Source: an uncultured Cohaesibacter sp. | GTDB taxonomy: Bacteria; Pseudomonadota; Alphaproteobacteria; Rhizobiales; Cohaesibacteraceae | Assembly (NCBI GenBank): GCA_963676485.1 | Contig: OY781115.1 | Strand: one strand, 5' to 3' | Length of the DNA: 64,000 bases | Shown: piece after piece, positions 58,024-64,000 of the stretch | How positions within the stretch are numbered: position 1 is the stretch's first letter | How the letters are laid out: each line of letters opens with the position of its first letter | Made by a program: the position numbers and the translations under genes | The notes under the pieces: model-generated | Databases searched by the model: none | What the model was told of the DNA's origin: nothing | What the model saw: the letters and a program-made list of their open reading frames with translations, nothing else

Positions 58024-58863
58024 TTATCCTTTGCTTCCGCCTGCGGTCATTGCCTGAACCACGTAACGCTGGAAGATGAGGAAAAGCAAAACCACAGGTA
58101 CGGTCGCGATGACGCCGGATGCCATGACCCGACCGAGCCCCTCAGACTGTGCGAAATTTGATTGAAGGCTGGCGAGACCGAGCGTGATGGTAAAAATCTC
58201 CCGTTTCTGGGCCGAGACCAGCGGCCAGAGATAATCGTTCCATGCATAAAGAAAGGTCAGGATAGCCAGCGTGGTGATAGCAGGGCGCGCGAGCGGCAAC
58301 ATGATGTGCCAGAAAATCTGCAACCAGCTCACCCCGTCAAGGCGCGCAGCTTCCTCGATATCGGAAGGAATCGCCTTGAAGAACTGCATCATCAGAAACA
58401 CGCCGATCGGCACAGCCACCCGCGGCAGGATCAATGCGTGGTAGCTGTTATGCCAGTCAAGATCAGCAAACATGGTGTAAAGCGGGATGAATACGGCCTG
58501 TTCTGGCACCATCAGCCCGATGAGACAGAAGACAATCACGCCCTTCTTGAAAGGAAAGTCCAGCCGAGCCAACGCATAACCTGCGGTGGTGGAGACGAAC
58601 AACACCGCAAAGGTCATGCCGAAGGCGACAATGGCCGAATTCAGGAACCACAGCGGTGTATGCCCAAAAGAAAAGAGAGCCGTATAATTGTCCAGCGTAA
58701 AGGGGATCGGCACCAGACCAAAGAAGGTCGAAGAGGTGGTTCGGGCCAGAACATCATTGGGCTGCAGCGACAGGGACACCATCCAGAGAATGGGAACCAG
58801 CCAGGCAAAGGCGGGAATGGCAAGCGCTGTCACCAGCCAGTAATAGCTGCGTCCAAGCATCAC
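58024..58863 (-). CDS. CUT1 ABC permease (MalG-like)
   Basis: EEAARLDG, WNDYLWPL. Confidence 0.92.
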   Translation of the reverse strand: MMLGRSYYWLVTALAIPAFAWLVPILWMVSLSLQPNDVLARTTSSTFFGLVPIPFTLDNYTALFSFGHTPLWFLNSAIVAFGMTFAVLFVSTTAGYALARLDFPFKKGVIVFCLIGLMVPEQAVFIPLYTMFADLDWHNSYHALILPRVAVPIGVFLMMQFFKAIPSDIEEAARLDGVSWLQIFWHIMLPLARPAITTLAILTFLYAWNDYLWPLVSAQKREIFTITLGLASLQSNFAQSEGLGRVMASGVIATVPVVLLFLIFQRYVVQAMTAGGSKG

Positions 58864-59954
58864 TTCTCTCCCCGCCCTAGAATGAATTGCACGATAGAAA
58901 AGGCCCCCATGATGATGAACAGGAAGATCGCCATGGCCGTCGCCCGCCCCAGATCGCTATCCCGGAAGCCGGTTTGGTAGATGTAGCGCACAAGGGTCTG
59001 GGTGCTGCCGTCCGGCCCGCCGCCAGTCATCAGATGCGACTGTCCGAATACCTGAAAATGCATGATGATCTGCAGGACCACGACCAGCGTGATCGTGCGC
59101 TTGAGATTGGGCAGTGTGATATAACGGAAAGCGCGCAAGCCGCGTGCATTATCAAGAGCGGCAGCCTCATAGATATCCCGACTGATATCCTGAAGCCCGG
59201 CAAGAAACAGGATCATGGCAACACCCAGAGACCACCACACCGTGGTGATGGCGATGGCAGCCATGGCAAACCCTTCGTCGGTCAGCCAGTGGATGGGAGT
59301 TCCGCCAAAAAGCTCCATGACATTGGCAACAAGCCCCTGTCGTGGAGAGAACATGATCTGCCAGATGAGGGTCACAACCGTGACCGACAGCACCTGGGAG
59401 AGAAAGAAGACGGTGCGAAAAATCGCCATCATCCGGCTTTCGCGATTAAGAAGCGCAGCAAGGACAAGCGCCACAATGGTGACACCGGGCACGGTCAGGG
59501 CAACAAACAGAATGGTGTTCCCGACCGTCGGCCAGAAGCGGCGGTCGTACCAACGTCCCCCTTCTGCGGGATGAAAGCCGCAGGCGATGAAGAAAGCAAG
59601 CGCCACCACACCAATCAGGATGGCTGTTGATCGACTGATGCGGCGCGCGCGATCAAGCACAAACACGCCTATCAGAACCGCCGCCGAACCCATTTGAATT
59701 AAAGGAAGGGCAGTTGCCGACCAAACGATGTCTCTCCCCCACATGATGCGCTCGAAATTACGCAAGCCAACGAATTGCTTGGCATCGGGATTGAAAGCCA
59801 CTTCCAGAAGATTCCAGTCATGCAGACTGATCCAGATTCCCCGGAAAAAGGGAAAGACCAGAAAAGCGCTATAGACAATCAAAAAAGGGGTCAACAGAAC
59901 AAGCGCCGAGCCGGTTTGGCCCAAACGCCGTGTCGACAATCGAAAACTGGCCAC
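58860..59954 (-). CDS. CUT1 ABC permease (MalF-like) with an inserted TM hairpin
   Basis: FVGLRNF, YEAAALDNA, FQVFGQ; about 60 extra residues after GLRNF. Confidence 0.88.
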   Translation of the reverse strand: MASFRLSTRRLGQTGSALVLLTPFLIVYSAFLVFPFFRGIWISLHDWNLLEVAFNPDAKQFVGLRNFERIMWGRDIVWSATALPLIQMGSAAVLIGVFVLDRARRISRSTAILIGVVALAFFIACGFHPAEGGRWYDRRFWPTVGNTILFVALTVPGVTIVALVLAALLNRESRMMAIFRTVFFLSQVLSVTVVTLIWQIMFSPRQGLVANVMELFGGTPIHWLTDEGFAMAAIAITTVWWSLGVAMILFLAGLQDISRDIYEAAALDNARGLRAFRYITLPNLKRTITLVVVLQIIMHFQVFGQSHLMTGGGPDGSTQTLVRYIYQTGFRDSDLGRATAMAIFLFIIMGAFSIVQFILGRGEK

Positions 59955-59983
59955 TTAGTCCTCCCCATGGCAGAAATCGCTTG

Positions 59984-60013
59984 TGCTAAAATTATTAGCA
60001 ATATTTATTAGCA
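59984..60013. promoter_or_regulatory. Putative LacI operator TGCTAA-N5-TTAGCA with repeated TTATTAGCA
   Basis: Inverted repeat 59984-60000; half-site repeated at 60005-60013; lies in the divergent gap. Confidence 0.6.
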
Positions 60014-60045
60014 GCAATTGGACCAACGCGCAAGGAGCATTTTAC

Positions 60046-61077
60046 TTGGCTGACAATCGGCGACCTCAAGGCAGCAGAGTGACGATGAATGACGTTGCTC
60101 TCAGAGCAGGCGTTTCGCAATCCACCGTATCTTTTGTCCTCAACGGTCAGGAAGATATGCGGATCAGCAGCGAGACCCGCAGCCGTGTGCTGCAGGCAGT
60201 GCGTGACCTCGGCTATCGACCCCGATCAGCAGGCCGCCCGCCCGCGGGTGCTGGCCATGGTGTGATCGGCCTGATGGTCGATGAAATTGCGACCAGCCAT
60301 TTCGCCGCCATTTCCATTGATGCCATCCAATCCGCCGCCTGGAAGGAAAATGTCGTCCTGGAAACCGTTATGACCGGGGGTGACAAGGAATATGAGCGCG
60401 CCATTCTGCGCAAATGGTCAGCGGACCGAGTGCGGGGTGTTATCTACAGCTCCATTCTAACCCGCATGGTCTCCCCTCCTGATTTGCTTGCCAATCACAA
60501 ATGCCTTTTGATGAACTGTTATGACCGGAAAGGGCGCTATGCCTCGATTGTCCCCGGCGAGTGTCAGGGTGGCGAGAGAGCAGCTCGGGCTCTCATTGAT
60601 GCAGGACATCGCCGTATTGCGTTCATCACGGGAGAGCCATGGATGGACGCGGCCAGACTACGACGGGAAGGCTTCGAACAGGCCTTGGCCGATGCTGGCC
60701 TTCAATTGGATCCGGAGCTGATTGTGGAGGGCAACTTCCTTGCGTCCGGAGGTCGCAGTGCGACCCTTCAATTGATGAACCGAAGCAATCCTCCCGAAGC
60801 CATATTCTGTTCGAACGATCTGACAGCCGTGGGCTGCTATGAGGCGCTCAAGGAATTGGGATTGAAAATCGGGATCGATGTTGGCGTCATGGGATATGAC
60901 GATCAGGAAATCGCGCAACATCTGCATCCGACTCTGACCACCGTTCTCTTGCCCCATGCAGAAATGGGACAATTGGCAACCGAACAAATCCTTGCCGATC
61001 AGGACATCCTTTTGCAGCAGGTCGAAGTGGCATGCCCTTTGGTTGAGCGGGTATCGCACTTGCGAAGCACATCTTGA
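60046..61077 (+). CDS. LacI-family transcriptional regulator
   Basis: TMNDVALRAGVSQSTVSFVLN, FCSNDLTA, VMGYDD, PTLTTV; TTG start after AAGGAG. Confidence 0.92.
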   Translation: MADNRRPQGSRVTMNDVALRAGVSQSTVSFVLNGQEDMRISSETRSRVLQAVRDLGYRPRSAGRPPAGAGHGVIGLMVDEIATSHFAAISIDAIQSAAWKENVVLETVMTGGDKEYERAILRKWSADRVRGVIYSSILTRMVSPPDLLANHKCLLMNCYDRKGRYASIVPGECQGGERAARALIDAGHRRIAFITGEPWMDAARLRREGFEQALADAGLQLDPELIVEGNFLASGGRSATLQLMNRSNPPEAIFCSNDLTAVGCYEALKELGLKIGIDVGVMGYDDQEIAQHLHPTLTTVLLPHAEMGQLATEQILADQDILLQQVEVACPLVERVSHLRSTS

Positions 61078-61145
61078 TAAATTCTTGAAGGCCGGTAGCT
61101 ATGCCAATCGATATCAATGCATCAATTGCTTTCTTCGCAAGATGT

Positions 61146-62099
61146 TTACATGAAGTGCATTTTTCCTGCGTTTGACAGGCTTTTGTTGATATTCTTCGAC
61201 CGCATCTGCTTGCGGAATTGCATGGGCTTTTCGTTAAACCGCTTCTGGAAGGCATCGTAGAAGGTGGAGAGCGACCCGAACCCTGATTCAAAGGCAATTT
61301 CAACAACGGTCAGCTCGGTTGAGATCAAGAGGGATCGGGCGGTATCAAGACGGTGCCGGACAATGGCCTGATTGATTGTCGATCCCATCGTGCGCTTGAA
61401 GACCATCATGGCATAGTTGGGATGCAACCCCGCAGCCTCTGCCACATCATCAACGGAAATTTTCCGCAGGGCATTTTCACTGATGAAGCGCAACATCTGT
61501 TCGATATGGTGAATACGCTCCACATCGCATTGGCGTAGATTGACCAGCACCTCCCCCTGCTCGCGCAGATCGCGCCAGCCGTCATTTTCGATGCGTTTGA
61601 CGCGCGCCACCAGTTCGGAGCGGAGAATTTCCTCCATATTCGCGTCTCCTGCAAGCAGCTCCTTGCGCCAGTCCAAAAACATCTGTCGGTCATAGGGCCG
61701 GATGGACAAGGCCTCGATTACAGCGCCGCGAAAGAGTGCTGCGCGCAGGCGGGGAAGATTTGCCATGCCGAGGATGGCAGACATCGGCATGTAAAGGCAA
61801 ACGAACTTCGTGCCCTCCTTGCGGTCTGTGACCTGATGCGGGCTCATGCCCCAGAACAAACACAACCGGTCGGCGGATAGGGTCAATTCGCGCCCATCGA
61901 ACCAATAGGTCATCTGCCCTTCCAGCACATAGTTGATCTCGATCTGGCTGTGCATATGCGGGCCTGCCATACGGCGAACCTCGGTTGTCGTCCCTGCGCA
62001 GAAGCGATGATCATCAAAGATGACAAGAGGGTGTGATGGATCAAGCTCCGGGTGCGCGGGAATGGCACCGTCAAGTTCGAAAGGTGGCTTGCTGTTCAT
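61146..62099 (-). CDS. AraC-family regulator (MelR-like)
   Basis: HMHSQIEINY cupin domain, LFWG..PHQ, VAEAAGLHPNYAM, SGFGSLSTFYDAF. Confidence 0.9.
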   Translation of the reverse strand: MNSKPPFELDGAIPAHPELDPSHPLVIFDDHRFCAGTTTEVRRMAGPHMHSQIEINYVLEGQMTYWFDGRELTLSADRLCLFWGMSPHQVTDRKEGTKFVCLYMPMSAILGMANLPRLRAALFRGAVIEALSIRPYDRQMFLDWRKELLAGDANMEEILRSELVARVKRIENDGWRDLREQGEVLVNLRQCDVERIHHIEQMLRFISENALRKISVDDVAEAAGLHPNYAMMVFKRTMGSTINQAIVRHRLDTARSLLISTELTVVEIAFESGFGSLSTFYDAFQKRFNEKPMQFRKQMRSKNINKSLSNAGKMHFM

Positions 62100-62269
62100 T
62101 CTCCTCCCCTTACACCTTAGAATTCCGGAATAATTTCTCTACAACCCGGTAGAGTATTTCGGATTTCGGACCGAACATCAATCTATTCGTTTGGCACATC
62201 TGGGGAGGTCCGGGTGCCGAAACACGGCCATGAGGCACAACAGAACCGATTGGCAACTGGGAGGAAAAT

Positions 62270-63496
62270 ATGACACTTTGCGAACGACTGGGCGGCATCG
62301 CCCTTTGCGCTACTCTTGTTTCATCAACGGCCTTTGCCGGGGAACTGGTCCTCAATTCGGATCAGTCCGATCCGGCGCCCAAAAAGGCCATGGAAGAACT
62401 GATTGCCGGTTTTGAGGCAGCCAATCCTGACATCACGGTCAAGTGGAACAATTTCGACCACGAGGGCTACAAATCCGCCATTCGCAACTTTTTGAGCGCC
62501 GATGCGCCCGATGTTGCGGCTTGGTATGCAGGCAACCGCATGGCTCCCTTTGTGAAGGCGGGATTGTTCGAAGACGTCACCGATGTCTGGGATGAAAACA
62601 ACCTCAATGAAGAGTTGAAATCCGCCGCCGCTTCCATGACCATAGATGGCAAGAAATGGGGCGTTCCCTACACTTATTATCAGTGGGGCATCTACTACAA
62701 CAAGGATGCCTACAAGAAGGCAGGCGTTGAGATTCCCAAAAACTGGGACGAGTTCGTCGCCGCATGCAAAAAATTCGATGCCGCCGGGGTAGACTGCCTC
62801 ACCACGGGCACGAAATATCTGTGGCCCGGCGCCGGCATCTTCGACTATATCAACCTGCGCACCAATGGCTACGAGTTCCACATGGACCTCACAGCAGGCA
62901 AGGTTAAATGGACGGATGATCGCGTCAAGGCCACCTTCGACAACTGGGCCAAGATCGTGCCCTACACGACGAAAAACCATGCCGCTCTTGACTGGCAGGA
63001 AGCCGCCGCCCTTCTGGTGCAGGGCAAGGCCGCCAATTACGTGATGGGCAACTTTGCCGTCGCCACCTTCCGTGAAGGCGGCATGAGCGATGACAATCTG
63101 GGCTTCATGCTCTTCCCCGAAATCACGCCGGGCGTGCCAAGGGCCGAAGATGCGCCGACGGATACCTTCCACATCCCGTCAGGGGCCAAGAACAAGGCAG
63201 ACGCCAAAAAGTTCCTTGCCTATCTCGCCTCTCCGGATGTGCAGACCAAGATGAACATCACGCTTAGCCAGCTGCCGGTCAACAACAAGTCCGAAGCGGC
63301 TGACGACCCGTTCCTCAAGGCTGGCTTCAAAGCCCTGTCGAGCGCCTATGCGCTGGCGCAGTTCTTCGACCGGGACGCCCCGGCCGACATGGCCAAGGCA
63401 GGCATGGAAGCCTTTCAGGAATTCATGACCAAGCCGGAGCGTCAGGAGAAGATTCTGAAGCGCCTCGAGAAAATCCGGACCAAGGTCTACAGGTAA
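62270..63496 (+). CDS. CUT1 sugar ABC substrate-binding protein (raffinose/melibiose-type)
   Basis: Signal peptide, FDHEGYKSAIRNFL, GVPYTYYQWG, AQFFDRD. Confidence 0.9.
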   Translation: MTLCERLGGIALCATLVSSTAFAGELVLNSDQSDPAPKKAMEELIAGFEAANPDITVKWNNFDHEGYKSAIRNFLSADAPDVAAWYAGNRMAPFVKAGLFEDVTDVWDENNLNEELKSAAASMTIDGKKWGVPYTYYQWGIYYNKDAYKKAGVEIPKNWDEFVAACKKFDAAGVDCLTTGTKYLWPGAGIFDYINLRTNGYEFHMDLTAGKVKWTDDRVKATFDNWAKIVPYTTKNHAALDWQEAAALLVQGKAANYVMGNFAVATFREGGMSDDNLGFMLFPEITPGVPRAEDAPTDTFHIPSGAKNKADAKKFLAYLASPDVQTKMNITLSQLPVNNKSEAADDPFLKAGFKALSSAYALAQFFDRDAPADMAKAGMEAFQEFMTKPERQEKILKRLEKIRTKVYR

Positions 63497-63592
63497 AAGC
63501 TTTTAGCTTACCAAAAGGCAGTGTCGGGCGGGTCATCCTGCCCGACATCACCTGAAGCATGTCTCCTTTTCTGACACAGAAAGCGACTTTTT

Positions 63593-64000
63593 ATGGCGGG
63601 TCGAGAAAAATTGCGAAAAAAGAGCAAATATAACTGGGCGCCATGGCTGTTTCTGGCCCCCGGCATCCTGATGTTCCTCATCTATGTGATCTGGCCGATC
63701 TTCCAGTCGATCCGTATTTCCTTTTACGACTGGGATGGTCTTGGAAAGATGACCTGGATCGGGCTGGAGAATTATATCTATCTGCTGGACGATGATTCCT
63801 TCTACACATCACTCTGGAACAACCTCATCTGGCTGGTCCTCTATCTTTTGGCGGTTCCCGCCGGATTGGGTATCGCCCTGTTCCTTAATCAGACCGTCAC
63901 CGGAATCCGGCTGTACAAGTCGCTCTTCTTCTTCCCCTTCGTGATCTCTCAGGTGGTCGTCGGCCTCATCTTCACCTGGTTCTATGCCCCTGATTTCGGC
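63593..64000 (+). CDS. CUT1 ABC permease, 3'-partial
   Basis: Own translation from ATG 63593: WAPWLFLAPG...WIGLENY...KSLFFFPFVISQVVVG; open to the window end. Confidence 0.88.
   Translation, partial: MAGREKLRKKSKYNWAPWLFLAPGILMFLIYVIWPIFQSIRISFYDWDGLGKMTWIGLENYIYLLDDDSFYTSLWNNLIWLVLYLLAVPAGLGIALFLNQTVTGIRLYKSLFFFPFVISQVVVGLIFTWFYAPDFG

Noticed and set aside
1-64000. CRISPR arrays, rRNA/tRNA genes, IS elements, prophage or defence genes
   Set aside because: No regularly spaced repeats, cloverleaf or rRNA signatures, or transposase, integrase or phage motifs were seen by eye.

Overview
A 64-kb gene-dense stretch of an alphaproteobacterial chromosome, probably a marine Hyphomicrobiales such as Cohaesibacter (inference from gene content). 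It is almost entirely nutrient-scavenging modules, with seven transport systems: 2 TRAP, 1 peptide-type ABC, 2 CUT2 and 2 CUT1 sugar ABC. In order: (1) partial GH105 hydrolase plus TRAP; (2) secreted alpha/beta hydrolase and membrane-bound AraC regulator; (3) GntR-controlled operon with a Dpp-type ABC, two M20 amidohydrolases and an ectoine-hydrolase/creatinase-like M24 enzyme; (4) a class II Fic gene; (5) a SorC-regulated polyol/ketose cluster (AraD-like epimerase, two Zn dehydrogenases lacking the structural-Zn cysteines, FGGY kinase, CUT2 ABC, cytoplasmic BisC-like molybdoenzyme, split transketolase with non-canonical active-site residues); (6) dmsABC whose DmsA has no twin-arginine signal; (7) Cache-HAMP-MCP-CZB chemoreceptor; (8) orphan CUT2 ABC, GNAT pseudogene, MarR pair; (9) unsaturated-uronate locus (split TRAP, kduD, kduI, GH105, 832-aa unknown protein, LacI) sharing a 22-bp operator found three times; (10) two CUT1 ABC loci, one with a GH5 enzyme. 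No rRNA, tRNA, CRISPR array, transposase or integrase was seen. The best candidate for an undescribed system is cluster 5. All residue equivalences were aligned by eye; no database search was run.
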